44,987 nt of DNA, from contig JALXBF010000143.1 in the NCBI GenBank assembly GCA_026991575.1, positions 1-44,987 on the forward strand, given 5' to 3'. How positions within the stretch are numbered: the stretch's first letter is position 1; the number at the start of each line of letters is the position of its first letter. This DNA comes from Planctomycetota bacterium. Lineage in GTDB: Bacteria; Planctomycetota; Planctomycetia; JALXBF01. Position numbers and translations under genes: made by a program. Of the stretch, positions 21,001-30,353 are shown piece by piece. The notes beneath the pieces were generated by a model, which made no database searches, was not told where the DNA came from, and saw only the letters and a list, made by a program, of their open reading frames with translations.

Positions 21001-21624
21001 CGCCACAGTCGGCATCCCGAACGCCGCCGCCAGCCAGCGGCCATCGGAGCTCAGTGCTACGGCGGTGACCCGATCCGGCAGCGGGCCCACTCGTCCCCAG
21101 AGCTGCTGCCCGGCGGGCTTCAGCAGCACCACGTACCGGCCAACCGCCAGCGCAAGCAACGACCCGTCGGGTACCAGGTCCGAATCGACGATAGCCGGCG
21201 GCACGGACCGGCGCGGCCGAATCGTGGGCAGAACCAGTGTTGCCCGGGCCTGGTCCGTGTCGTCCACCGCGCCGGCTGCGATCCACCGGCGAAGCAGCTG
21301 AATCTCCTCGGCTGACGGCTGACGCGCTTCGGGCGGTGGCATGTGAGGCTTTCTCTTCTTTTCGACCAACAAAACCAGAAGGCTGGCATCCGGCCTGCCC
21401 GGCACGATCACGTCACCAGAATTGCCCCCAAGAGAGAGGGACTCATAATCGGTCAGATCCAGCCCCCCTTCTGTCTTCTCCGCGTTATGGCACCACACGC
21501 AATAGCGCGCCAGAAACGGCCGAACTTCCCGGTAATAGCTAGGTCCTTTCGGCTGGGTCGCATTCGTCGGGCCGTCCTGGGCGGCGCCTAGCACCAACAG
21601 GGCAGCGGTTAATAGCGCACGCAT
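18070..21624 (-). CDS. Planctomycete cytochrome c + WD40 + IPT/PPC (pre-peptidase C-terminal) multidomain protein
   Basis: Signal peptide; CVWCH heme motif ...MPP...WIAAGA; WD40 repeats (H.D.VY.LA.SPDG, V.LWD); E.EPN and D.D.Y/LDS.I PPC repeats. Confidence 0.85.
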   Translation of the reverse strand: MRALLTAALLVLGAAQDGPTNATQPKGPSYYREVRPFLARYCVWCHNAEKTEGGLDLTDYESLSLGGNSGDVIVPGRPDASLLVLLVEKKRKPHMPPPEARQPSAEEIQLLRRWIAAGAVDDTDQARATLVLPTIRPRRSVPPAIVDSDLVPDGSLLALAVGRYVVLLKPAGQQLWGRVGPLPDRVTAVALSSDGRWLAAAFGMPTVAAKVAIYRLPTHPLYEPLRPARILEAHVDTVYDLAFHPRRPEVLASASYDKLVRLWDVAVGKKLADLKDHSDAVYGLAWSPDGAYLATAAADRTVKIWHVASRKRLYSLTESTDWLYTVAWHPKRNWVAAAGVDRSIRIWEVSEAGGRLLRSTFAHEGPVVQLRFSADGSRLVSIAEDGTLKWWQAATLTEERTLSGLEDQPHTLAIDPVNGTVFVGLFNGLLKVVPARGATGVSALPAARWLTGPLPKPPAPQITAVEPAVAAAGATVRVTVKGKQLRWIERAELQGIAAAVLKLTERGAGELVLSVKLPSDVRGGVYRLVLKGRGGQAATDLLVVEYPLVAEVEPNNRRAAAQRVPAGRSVRGRLEAAGAIDFYAIELAAGDEIGVVIRNEPGARQLEPIVLVHDPDGRVVASSYDGLAGWRAERAGRYTVEVRDAQFRGAGNAWYVITMGKLPVVTEVFPLGIPADGKSRTVVVRGVNLGMPERRVQIAAAAEEVGKWRTLRLDPSPLNPVRVFLGRFPAVVEERDSTQEPAGWLRLKQIPGTVDGRIDRPGDVDYVAFQARAGEQLVVELRAADLGSRLDSFIEVLDQDLRPIERAVLRCEAQTYTTLNVRDARQTGFRIEAWAELATNDYLYADGEVVRIKRLPRNPDDDVLFFSFGGRRLTYFDTTPSYKPVGTVVYKVSVHPPGTKLTPNGMPQFRLYYRNDDAAPRYERDSRVYFTAPADGTYVVAIRDARGAGGVGYGYRLTVRPPEPGFRISVSPRSPSVWQGGAVPIRISCERLDQFAGPVTVTFERVPKGCVLPGTVVEAETFDASVPLYAGAELKPGPQGSGDVQVVARAVIDGKAVTQRLSLGQIRVQPPGDIVTSVDRQELLLAPGATARLKVSIRRRGGFKGRVPIELVGLPHGVRVLDVGLNGILITEREQERWIRVYAEPWVGEQERWFGVYARREGANTLHGAAPVKLRIRRGQLAKQ

Positions 21625-21641
21625 GGTAGTTCCCGAACGCC

Positions 21642-24104
21642 TCAGTGATTGAAAGTGAATTCCCGCGACGTCAACACGGCCCAGAACAGATCCTCGAGCT
21701 GTTCGCGCGTGGGGGGACGATCCAGGGGAGCCGGGGCATCATCGGTTCCGAGAGCCTGCGCCAGCTTCTGCTTTTCCTGCTCGGACGGCTTACGGCTGAG
21801 CGCCAGCAAGTACAGCCGTTCGATCGCTTCGCCCAACGGGATCTTCTCGGCTAGCCAACGTGCTATCCTGCCTTTGTCGGACCGCAACTTGGCGTTGAGC
21901 GTTTCGCCGTTGAACAGGTGTAGCGTTTGGGCAATGCTGGCATCGTTCTGCCGCTCGCAACTGCATGGCTGTTCCCGCTTCGGTCGCCCGAACACATCCA
22001 GAAAGTAGCTGGGAACCTTGACATCGGGCAGTTGGATCGCGCGCGTGCCAAGCGGGTAGCCCCGATAACGATCCGGAACAGCCGTGACATAGGCGAACGC
22101 GTCGGCCAGCACCTCTGCCGTCAGCCTGCGCACGCGGTAGTACGAGTACCAGCGGTCATCGAAGGCGTTCTCAGGTGATGGCACACTGCTGCGCTGGTAG
22201 GTGGCCGAAGAGAGAATCGTCCGAATCAACCAGCGCAGGTCATAGCCATGTTTAACGAACTCCGCACTCAAGCGCTCCAGGAGCGGTTCATTGGATGCCG
22301 GGTTGGTTACCCGCAGATCATCGGGCGGATCAACGATACCGCGGCCCAGCAGAGCAGCCCAGACGCGGTTGACAATCGAGCGAGCAAACAGCGCGTTCCG
22401 GTCCGAGGTAAGCCATTCGGCCAGATACTGGCGGCGGGTTCCTGCGTAGTCTGCCGGCATTGGCGCGCCGTCGAGTGGGGCTGGACGCATGGGCACGCCA
22501 CGACGCGGATGCAGCACATCGCCGTCCGGCGCGTCGTAGACAACGACCTCGCCCGGCTGTTTGCCATTCTTCAGCCGCACGCGAGCAAATAGATTCGCGG
22601 TCGCGTAGTACTGGTCCTGCGTCCACTTCTCGAGCGGATGGTTGTGACAACGGGCGCAGGTCAGAGACGTGCCAAGGAACGTGACCGAGGTGGTCTCGGT
22701 CAACTGCACGACGTCCTTGTGCAGGACGAAGTAGTTGGCGGCACCGTTCTGGAGATTGCTTCCCGTGGCGGTCAGCACCTGGCGTGCCACCGTCTGCCAA
22801 CTGCGGTTTTCCGCCACGGCCTCCCGCAACCAGCGTTGAAAGGCCCACAGTGCCGGCGCGGGCAGCCGTTCCGAGGACAGCAGGAACATGTCCGACAGCC
22901 AGTAGGTCCAGTAGTCTACGAACGCCTCGGTACGCAGCAGCTCCTCAATCAGCCGCAGCCGCTTTTTCGGGTCGCGGTCCGCAACGAATCGTTCCACCCG
23001 CTCGGGCTCAGGAAGCGTGCCGGTCGCGTCCAGATAGACCCGGCGGATAAAGGTGCGGTCGTCGCACAACGGGGCCGGCGGGATACCAAGCTCGGCAAGC
23101 TTCTTCAGCACCAGGTCGTCAATGAAATTGAATCGTTCGGCCTGTGCGAAGACCGACTCGGCTACGTCCGTGCGGAACGGCACCAGCACGGAGGCCTTCG
23201 CGACGAAATTCCCAAACAGCGCGTACACTTGAGCCTCGCCGCGTCCTTCGACGGCCGCGACACCGTGTTCCGTCACGTTGGCCACGACCATGTTCGAGGA
23301 GGTGTACTTGCACCGATCGGTAATGTCACGCACCGTGCCGTCCGAATAGTGTGCCAGGACAACGAACTGCTGGCTGTCACCCGGGCTGAGCTGGACATGT
23401 TCCGGCAGCATCGTCACGCGTTCCACCACAGGGTCGTCCGGCCGTGGCGCCGGACAACCGTTGGCGATCCAATCGGCCAGGATCCAGAACTCGTCGGAGC
23501 CTAGTTCGAACCGCAGCCCTCCGCCGTGCGGTACGGTCATGGTCGGCTTCACGAGCAGCAAGCTACGGCCGGGATGCTCCAGATCCACGCGGCGGCCACG
23601 GGCCTGACGGGTAAGGACGCGGAAATCGCTCTGCGGATCGTAGCCCCGAAGCGACAACTTCAGCCCCCCTTTGCCAGCCGCCGCGCCGTGACAAGCACCC
23701 GAGTTACAGCCGGAACGGGTCAGAACCGGAATCACGTCGTTACGAAATGAAGGAACGTAAGGCTGCGGTCCCGAACGGACCTCCACCTCAACTTCTCGCG
23801 TGAGCTTGCCGAGGCGCACCATCAGCTTCGTTCGCCCGGGTCTCAGTCCGTGCAGGCGGCCCTGTTGGTCGAGCACAGCAATCGTGCGGTCGGCAACGCG
23901 CAGCTCGGCAACCGGGGTCACATCGCCAATGGCCCGGTCGTCCCCGTCGATCGCTTCCACGACGATCCGCTGCGTGGCGCCCACGCGCCAGAGGACGATC
24001 GGTGCAGGGAACACACGGAGCTCGGCCGGTTCCTTCGGGCCAGCAGCCACTACCACCTCAGCAAGAAGGAGAATACATGAGCAAGTGACAATGCGAGCTT
24101 GCAC
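21642..24104 (-). CDS. DUF1549/DUF1553 domain protein with Ig-like (Big_2) repeats
   Basis: SFRNDVIPVL..GCNSGACHG, NFIDDLV, FIRRVYLD..G.LP, CARCHNHP, VNRVW..L.GRGIV.P.DD, EF.FNH end; GGAGG RBS. Confidence 0.92.
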   Translation of the reverse strand: MQARIVTCSCILLLAEVVVAAGPKEPAELRVFPAPIVLWRVGATQRIVVEAIDGDDRAIGDVTPVAELRVADRTIAVLDQQGRLHGLRPGRTKLMVRLGKLTREVEVEVRSGPQPYVPSFRNDVIPVLTRSGCNSGACHGAAAGKGGLKLSLRGYDPQSDFRVLTRQARGRRVDLEHPGRSLLLVKPTMTVPHGGGLRFELGSDEFWILADWIANGCPAPRPDDPVVERVTMLPEHVQLSPGDSQQFVVLAHYSDGTVRDITDRCKYTSSNMVVANVTEHGVAAVEGRGEAQVYALFGNFVAKASVLVPFRTDVAESVFAQAERFNFIDDLVLKKLAELGIPPAPLCDDRTFIRRVYLDATGTLPEPERVERFVADRDPKKRLRLIEELLRTEAFVDYWTYWLSDMFLLSSERLPAPALWAFQRWLREAVAENRSWQTVARQVLTATGSNLQNGAANYFVLHKDVVQLTETTSVTFLGTSLTCARCHNHPLEKWTQDQYYATANLFARVRLKNGKQPGEVVVYDAPDGDVLHPRRGVPMRPAPLDGAPMPADYAGTRRQYLAEWLTSDRNALFARSIVNRVWAALLGRGIVDPPDDLRVTNPASNEPLLERLSAEFVKHGYDLRWLIRTILSSATYQRSSVPSPENAFDDRWYSYYRVRRLTAEVLADAFAYVTAVPDRYRGYPLGTRAIQLPDVKVPSYFLDVFGRPKREQPCSCERQNDASIAQTLHLFNGETLNAKLRSDKGRIARWLAEKIPLGEAIERLYLLALSRKPSEQEKQKLAQALGTDDAPAPLDRPPTREQLEDLFWAVLTSREFTFNH

Positions 24105-24171
24105 GGTGCTGCCTCCGGACTCAGCCGACGCGGGTCAGTTCTGGACCTCGCAGGCCACTAGGTCGGGCCGG

Positions 24172-25545
24172 CTAGAGCAGTTCTCGGATGGGCTGGACGT
24201 TGTAGTCCACCAACGGAATGGGCCGGCTCTGCGGCCCTGGCAGCTCATGGTGCACGTCAAAGCCTAGGCCGGCCAAGATGGTCGCGACGACTTCGGCCGG
24301 TGTCACCGGCCTGCTCTTGGGAACGTAGCCAAGTTCGTCCGATTCCCCCACGACCACCCCACCACGCAACGGACCGCCTCCCAAGAGGATGGTCCACACG
24401 CCAGGATGATGGTCACGACCGCCGGCCGGATTGATCTTCGGCGTCCGGCCAAACTCTCCCATCGCGATCACCATCGTGTTCTCGTACAGGCCCCGCTCGA
24501 CCAACTCCTCGATCAGCGTCGTGAAGGCTCGGTCGAAGTTCGGAGCCACTTCGTCTTTCATCTGCAAGATGTCAGTGAACGGCCTCGAGCCGTGAATGTC
24601 CCAGGTCACCTCGTTGAAAACGGTCTCGAACATGTTGATGGTTACGAACCGAACGCCGCGCTCAATCAACCGTCTGGCCAGCAAGCAGCATTGGCCAAAG
24701 CGTGTGCGGCCATAGCGGTCCCGTACGCTGTCCGGTTCCTTGTGGATGTCGAACGCCTCGCGGGCTTCACGGCTGGTCATTAGGGTGTAGGCCTGGCGGA
24801 AAGCGTCGTCGTACTGTTTTGCCTGAGGGCTTGCTTCGAAGCCACGAAGCGACTGCTCGACCAACTCGCGCAGCCGGCGGCGGCGCCGAACACGGACGGC
24901 CGAGACGTACTCAGGAGGCAAGAGATCGCGGACGCGATAGTTTGGGTCGTTGGGATCGGCGTTTAGTACGAACGGGTCGTAGGCTCGGCCCAGGTAACCG
25001 GCATCCTGTCCATGTGGCATGTTGCCGCCCGTGGGGCCGATTGGCTTGGGCATGAGTACGTGCGGCGGGATTGCCCCCTTGGGGCCGCGCAAGTAGCTGA
25101 GGATGCAGCCCACGTGCGGGTACTGAATACCGCCGGAAAACAAGCGGCCGGTCTGCATGAGCTGGTGGCCGGTATCGTGCACGGCCGTAGCCGTGTGATA
25201 GACGGATCGGATAAGCGAGATCTTGTCGGTGTAGCGCGCCAGTCTTGGGAAGATCTCCGTGACGTGGATGCCCGGCACCTTGGTGCGGATCGGCTTGAAC
25301 GGCCCGCGAACCTCTTCGGGCGCGTGCGGCTTTGGGTCCCATGTATCGATATGGCTGGGGCCTCCGACAAGGAAGATGAGAATGCAGTTGACGTCGCGGC
25401 TCGGATCGGCACAGCGAGCCTGGCGTGCGGCGAAGAGCTCCGGTAAACCGAGCCCCAGCAAGGACAAGGTCCCTGCGTGCAGGAAGTCCCTGCGCGTAAA
25501 GCCGTCGCAAAACCGCGCCGGCCGTTTTGCGTCGAGTCGGATCAT
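24172..25545 (-). CDS. DUF1501 domain protein
   Basis: CDG.TRRDFL Tat-like leader, GGPSHIDTWDPKP, CLLARRLIE.GVRFV, WDIH, GEFGRTP, GRDH; ATG 25545 with GGAGG RBS. Confidence 0.95.
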   Translation of the reverse strand: MIRLDAKRPARFCDGFTRRDFLHAGTLSLLGLGLPELFAARQARCADPSRDVNCILIFLVGGPSHIDTWDPKPHAPEEVRGPFKPIRTKVPGIHVTEIFPRLARYTDKISLIRSVYHTATAVHDTGHQLMQTGRLFSGGIQYPHVGCILSYLRGPKGAIPPHVLMPKPIGPTGGNMPHGQDAGYLGRAYDPFVLNADPNDPNYRVRDLLPPEYVSAVRVRRRRRLRELVEQSLRGFEASPQAKQYDDAFRQAYTLMTSREAREAFDIHKEPDSVRDRYGRTRFGQCCLLARRLIERGVRFVTINMFETVFNEVTWDIHGSRPFTDILQMKDEVAPNFDRAFTTLIEELVERGLYENTMVIAMGEFGRTPKINPAGGRDHHPGVWTILLGGGPLRGGVVVGESDELGYVPKSRPVTPAEVVATILAGLGFDVHHELPGPQSRPIPLVDYNVQPIRELL

Positions 25546-25764
25546 GCCTGCCGATCCTCCCGTGCCTGTTCGTACGCTAATCCATGTTACCTGCGGTTCA
25601 GCTGGCTCCGCAACACACCTCGACCCAGCCCGACCGTCTGCTGGGCGCAACGGGATCAGGAGAATCGCAGTACTTCAGTACCTCCCGGCGTGGTCATCGT
25701 CCGGAGGGGTGCTGGCCACAGGGGTGGCCGTATCCGCCGCAGTGGGTTCCAGGTGCGGACCGGT

Positions 25765-26853
25765 TCAGCGTGCCGACCGGCGTACGCCGTTGCCTCGTCT
25801 GCCGTGATCCCGGATGAAGCGGTCCAGCTTCTCGCGATGGCCGGTGACGATGATGGTGTCGCCGGGCTGGAAGACGGTCTCCGGTGACGGATTCACGTGC
25901 ATGAATTCGCCTCGCCGCAGCGCGATGACGATGATGTCGTACGCGTCACGCAGGCCACTGTCGCGCAGCGTCCTGCCGACCAGCGTGCTGTCGTCGCGCA
26001 GCTCAATCTCCTCAACTGCCAGCTCAATGTCTCTGCCACCCACGGCCAGATCCAGGAACTCGACGACGGAGGGTCTCAGGATGGCGTGCGCGATGCGGAG
26101 GCCTCCGAGCCGGTAAGGCGCGACGACGCGGTCGGCACCGGCCCGGGTCAGTTTTCGTTCGGCCCGCTCATCGTCCGCACGGGCCACGATGCGTAGCGCG
26201 GGATTCATCAGCCGGGCGGTCATGGTGATGTAGAGGTTGTCGGCATCGGAGGCCAGCGACGCTACCAGCGCACGTGCCCGCTCCAGGCCAGCCTCGCGCA
26301 GCACGTCCTCTGACGTTGCATCCCCCTCCAGCGGGATACCGTGCTGGAAGGTGACATCGCGGAGCACCTCCAGATTCCGGTCGATGACAACGAACGGCTG
26401 GCCCGCAGCGTCCAGTTCCCGGCACACCAGCCGACCGACGCGGCCATAGCCACAGACAATGACGTGGTCCTTTAGTTCGGCAAGGATGCGACGCACGCGA
26501 TAACTCCCGAGCAGTACCTGCAGTTCTCCCTCGAGGATCGACTGAATCACTACCGTCCCGCTGTAGAACAGGGCAAAGACGCCGCTGAGGGCTAAGAGAA
26601 TCGTAAACACCTGGCCCGCCGGAGACAGCGGCCCAACCTCGCGGTATCCCACCGTCGTTAGCGTGATGACGGTCATGTACAGGCAATCAAGCAGCGGCCA
26701 TCCTTCGATGAGCCGGTAGCCGACGGTGCCGGCTAACAACAGCGTCGGGGGAACGGCCAGCAGGGTAACCAGACGCTTGGCGAGCTGGCGGCGCAGGATG
26801 GCAATGTTCGCTTGAGGCGTTAGCGTCAGATGGGTAGCTGGAGAAGCTTCCAT
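25765..26853 (-). CDS. 2TM potassium channel with RCK (TrkA_N/TrkA_C) domains, MthK/Kch-like
   Basis: Pore TLTTVGYRE between two TM helices; Rossmann VIVCGYGRVG, GDAT; TrkA_C. Confidence 0.9.
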   Translation of the reverse strand: MEASPATHLTLTPQANIAILRRQLAKRLVTLLAVPPTLLLAGTVGYRLIEGWPLLDCLYMTVITLTTVGYREVGPLSPAGQVFTILLALSGVFALFYSGTVVIQSILEGELQVLLGSYRVRRILAELKDHVIVCGYGRVGRLVCRELDAAGQPFVVIDRNLEVLRDVTFQHGIPLEGDATSEDVLREAGLERARALVASLASDADNLYITMTARLMNPALRIVARADDERAERKLTRAGADRVVAPYRLGGLRIAHAILRPSVVEFLDLAVGGRDIELAVEEIELRDDSTLVGRTLRDSGLRDAYDIIVIALRRGEFMHVNPSPETVFQPGDTIIVTGHREKLDRFIRDHGRRGNGVRRSAR

Positions 26854-26871
26854 GTCGTCGCGATCTCAGCG

Positions 26872-27993
26872 TCAGCTCTGGTCGGTGGTTGCTGATCCGG
26901 AAGGCTGTGCCACGCGCCGACGGCGCGCGAGGGCCTCGCGAATCATCAAGTATTCGCTCAAGTTCTCGGGCGTCAGGATGCCGACCAGCTCCCCATCCCG
27001 CAGCACCGGAAGAGACAGACAACGGCACTGCTGCAGTCGAAGCAGAACCTGATCCAGCAGCTCGTGCGCATCGGCGGTGGCAAAGTCCCGTGACATGACC
27101 ATTCGCACCGGCGCGTCCTGACCATGCTGCGTCAGCCCACGCAGCAGGTCCGAGCGGGTCAGCACGCCCACGACCCGCCCGTCTTCGACCACCGGAAAGT
27201 CGTGCTGGAACCCAGCCAGCACCAGCTCGGCCGCCTTCTGCAATGGATCGTCCGGCTCGAGCACGTGAAATTCGGTAATCATCGCCAGCTCGACCGGGAT
27301 GCCCGATAAAGCGGACTCCATCTGGGCCATGGCCGCCTCTTCGGCCGCCCCAATCCAGACAAACAGGGCGATGAAGATCAGGAACGGATTCGCCAACAGC
27401 CCCCACAACCCGAACAACAACGCCATCCCCTGCCCCACAGCGGCCGCCATCTGAGTGGCCCGGACGTAGTCCATGCGCATGGCAAGCAAGCTGCGCAGGA
27501 TACGACCGCCGTCCATCGGGAAAGCAGGCAGCAGGTTGAATAGCGCCAGGATGACGTTGACCCAGAACAGCTGCACAAGAAGGGGCGACTGCAACAGGGC
27601 CGTCAGCTGCCAGTCCACCGCCGCTCGCTGAAAGACGATAACCAGATACAGCAGCCCGGCCAGCGCAACGTTCACCGCCGGACCGGCCAGCGCCACCCAG
27701 AACTCCTGGATCGGCTTACGTGGAATCCGCTCCAACCGCGCGATGCCGCCAATCGGCAACAGAATAATCTCGCGCGTCCGGATCCCGAAGTACCGTGCTG
27801 TCAGGGCGTGGCCGAGTTCGTGGAGCACAACGATGCCGAACAAAAGGACCATGAACAGTGTCGACGAGAGGGCAGCCGGCAGACCACCGCGCCAGTAGCC
27901 TGCCAGTGCGATCCACACCAGGAAGATGACGAACGTCACGTGGGCATAAACCTTGATTCCAGCAACGCGAGCAACGGCAATCGACCAGCGCAT
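26872..27993 (-). CDS. Site-2 protease (M50, SpoIVFB-like) with CBS pair
   Basis: HELGH, AGP..N, FNLLPAFPMDGGR; C-terminal CBS domains. Confidence 0.93.
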   Translation of the reverse strand: MRWSIAVARVAGIKVYAHVTFVIFLVWIALAGYWRGGLPAALSSTLFMVLLFGIVVLHELGHALTARYFGIRTREIILLPIGGIARLERIPRKPIQEFWVALAGPAVNVALAGLLYLVIVFQRAAVDWQLTALLQSPLLVQLFWVNVILALFNLLPAFPMDGGRILRSLLAMRMDYVRATQMAAAVGQGMALLFGLWGLLANPFLIFIALFVWIGAAEEAAMAQMESALSGIPVELAMITEFHVLEPDDPLQKAAELVLAGFQHDFPVVEDGRVVGVLTRSDLLRGLTQHGQDAPVRMVMSRDFATADAHELLDQVLLRLQQCRCLSLPVLRDGELVGILTPENLSEYLMIREALARRRRVAQPSGSATTDQS

Positions 27994-28067
27994 CGATTCG
28001 CTCCATCGGCACTCCGCCGCGGCAGCTCGACCGAAGCAAACTTCTAAGCCAGCCCGGCTACCACGGC

Positions 28068-28096
28068 TTGGTCACGAGCAGAGTTTTTCGCACAAT
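28068..28096 (+). promoter_or_regulatory. Possible sigma70 promoter of the USP gene
   Basis: TTGGTC-N17-CACAAT in an AT-richer divergent intergenic region. Confidence 0.3.
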
Positions 28097-28143
28097 AGAG
28101 TGTAGCCGGGCAGCGGGACCCCAGACTGGAGGATCAATAGGAC

Positions 28144-28620
28144 GTGTCGCTTTTCCAACGGATCCTACACCCGACCGACTTCTCATCCGCCTCACTAGCC
28201 GCCTTCGACATGGCCATCCGGCTCGCGGAACATCACGGGGCGGAGCTGCTGCTGCTGCACGTGGTCGATGACCCGTTCCTGGTGGAGACCAGTGGTCTGA
28301 AGCAGGATGCCTCGGTGCGAATCCGTCGCCAACTCGAAGAACTGAAGCAGCGCTGCCGCTGCGGGTGCCAGGCACTGGATGTCGAGATCGGGCCGCCCGC
28401 CGAGACCATCGTGTGGTACGCCTGGCAGCGGAAGTGCGACCTGATCGTTATGGGCACCCACGGCCGCACCGGCATGACCCACGCATACCTTGGCAGCATC
28501 GCTGAGCGGGTCATCAGGCGGGCTACTTGCCCGGTGTTCGTTGTCAGGCCGATCGCACCCGGTGAACCGCCTCCGGAAAAGCCCGAGCTGACCTACGCAC
28601 CGCCGCGGATGTTCATCTGA
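28144..28620 (+). CDS. Universal stress protein
   Basis: RIL.PTDFS..S, LLHV, DLIVMGTHGRTG...LGSIAERVIRRA.CPV. Confidence 0.95.
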   Translation: MSLFQRILHPTDFSSASLAAFDMAIRLAEHHGAELLLLHVVDDPFLVETSGLKQDASVRIRRQLEELKQRCRCGCQALDVEIGPPAETIVWYAWQRKCDLIVMGTHGRTGMTHAYLGSIAERVIRRATCPVFVVRPIAPGEPPPEKPELTYAPPRMFI

Positions 28621-28663
28621 CGTGGCAGTGAATGGCTACGGGCCCCCCGAAACGCTGCTGTCC

Positions 28664-28978
28664 TCAGCGTTCTTGCAACCAGCTCGCCACGCACTGCAGC
28701 AGGCGGCCAACCTGGCGCTTGGCAACCCGGTAGTACGTGCGGCGGCCTTCACGTTCGCGCGCCAGCACACCACAGCGCTGCAGCAGCCGCAAATGCTCGG
28801 ACGCAACGTTACTGGGGATGCCGCAGATCTCGGCGAGCTGACCAACGGTGTACTTGCCCTTTAGCAGCAGCTCCAGCATGCGCAGCCGATGCGGGTGGGC
28901 AATCGCCCGCAGGCACTCGGCCGCTTGAGCGAGCACTTCCTCGGGCAACAGCTCCTGAGTCGCTTCGCGTCGAGTCAT
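28664..28978 (-). CDS. ArsR/SmtB family transcriptional repressor
   Basis: LRAIAHPHRLRML..L...TVGQLA...SEHL..L...G.L...REG...YY; ATG 28978 with AGGAG RBS. Confidence 0.9.
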   Translation of the reverse strand: MTRREATQELLPEEVLAQAAECLRAIAHPHRLRMLELLLKGKYTVGQLAEICGIPSNVASEHLRLLQRCGVLAREREGRRTYYRVAKRQVGRLLQCVASWLQER

Positions 28979-29128
28979 CGCAGAGGTTCTCCTGGGCAAC
29001 CGCCGCCATGGCAGCACCGCGCACGTTGCTGACCCGCTACGCGGGTGCACCCAAGCAGGGCAGGCCGGCAGCCGGCGTGCCGGCTGCCGCACCTGACCCT
29101 ATCAAACGCCACCCCGGGTAGGTGTTGC

Positions 29129-29755
29129 TCAAACTCCGACCGGAGTTCCCGGCAAACTCTGCGAGGATGTTACCCGTTCCGGGCGCTGGCTGGCCTGGCA
29201 GCGCACCTGCCCGTTGATACGCCTCTCGTACCATTCAATCAACGCAAACAAGCCTACGGCACCTACCGCTAGCCCCGCAATCCACAACCAGGGGGAGGTA
29301 CCGGTCAGCTCGGCCAGCGTGACTTTGCCCAGATTCCAGCCTCCGAGCCAACCCTGCAACGGCACGTGCAGCTCAGCATAGAGCGCGGCACCAGCCAGCA
29401 TGCCCAGCAACCCCGGCACCGCGTGGCGACTCCCTTCCCCAATGGCCCCTACGGCCGTCCCAGGACAGTAGCCCAACAGCGCCATGCCAACCCCAAAGAC
29501 CAAACCACCGACGAGCACGCTCCAGACGACCGCTGGTTTAATGTGCAGTTCGACAAGGCCTAGATCGCGCATCGCGTACACGCCGATCGAACCGACCACG
29601 ATCGCCGTCATCATCACCTTCAACACCGTGAAGTCTCGCAGCAAGAACTGCCCCACGATCGTCCGGTAGTTCGTCAGCCTGCCCTTCTGTAGCAGGAACC
29701 CGAACAGGAAGCCGGTTACCAGTCCCAAGGCCAAACGCGTGATCGGATCAAACAT
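29129..29755 (-). CDS. YeeE/YedE family sulfur-compound transporter subunit
   Basis: G.LFGFLL.KG, GGLVFGVGMALLGYCPGT motif; overlaps upstream paralog. Confidence 0.88.
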   Translation of the reverse strand: MFDPITRLALGLVTGFLFGFLLQKGRLTNYRTIVGQFLLRDFTVLKVMMTAIVVGSIGVYAMRDLGLVELHIKPAVVWSVLVGGLVFGVGMALLGYCPGTAVGAIGEGSRHAVPGLLGMLAGAALYAELHVPLQGWLGGWNLGKVTLAELTGTSPWLWIAGLAVGAVGLFALIEWYERRINGQVRCQASQRPERVTSSQSLPGTPVGV

Positions 29756-30275
29756 GGCTCACCTCCCGCCCAAACAGGGCCAGCGCCGTGACAATCCCTG
29801 CGGCAAAAACCGCCCCGATGAACAGCCAACCCGAGACAGCCAGCTGCAGGCCACCGCTGATGGCGTGCCCGCTGGTGCAGCCACCGGCCAACCTGGCACC
29901 GAAGACAAGGATCAGCCCGCCGAGGAAAGCGGCCAGGTAGCGCTTCCACACTGCCGGGCCGAAACGCGCAGCCCACAGGTCAGGTACCCGTTCGACGCGG
30001 TAGCTCTCCGACAGCTTCGCGGCCGTGAACGCACCGAGCAGAATGCCAGCCACGAGCATCACGCCCCAGTCAATCTTCGGCGTCTTGCTTTGGAAGTACG
30101 CGTTCCGTGCCACGTGCCCGGGGGCCACAGCGCGTTCGGCCAATCCGGCCGCGCGCACGAAAGCGGTCGAGACCCCCAGCGGCTTCTGCGACACGGCAAA
30201 CGAAAACCAGGAGAGCACTCCGATGAGTGCCCCGACGAGGTACGGAGACCACCGTTTGGCCCGTATCCAACCCAT
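29748..30275 (-). CDS. YeeE/YedE family sulfur-compound transporter subunit
   Basis: WSPY..G, PLGVST, FGARLAGGCTSGH motif; ATG 30275 with GGAGG RBS. Confidence 0.9.
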   Translation of the reverse strand: MGWIRAKRWSPYLVGALIGVLSWFSFAVSQKPLGVSTAFVRAAGLAERAVAPGHVARNAYFQSKTPKIDWGVMLVAGILLGAFTAAKLSESYRVERVPDLWAARFGPAVWKRYLAAFLGGLILVFGARLAGGCTSGHAISGGLQLAVSGWLFIGAVFAAGIVTALALFGREVSHV

Positions 30276-30320
30276 CGCACAACCTCCCGGGCAAATTGCC
30301 ACTGATCTATGTGCTGTCAT

Positions 30321-30344
30321 GTTGCGATCTTGAGATATCGCAAC
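30321..30344. promoter_or_regulatory. Inverted-repeat operator, probably for the ArsR regulator
   Basis: GTTGCGAT-N8-ATCGCAAC perfect 8-bp arms just downstream of the -10 box of the yeeE promoter. Confidence 0.6.
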
Positions 30345-30353
30345 TTTACGACT

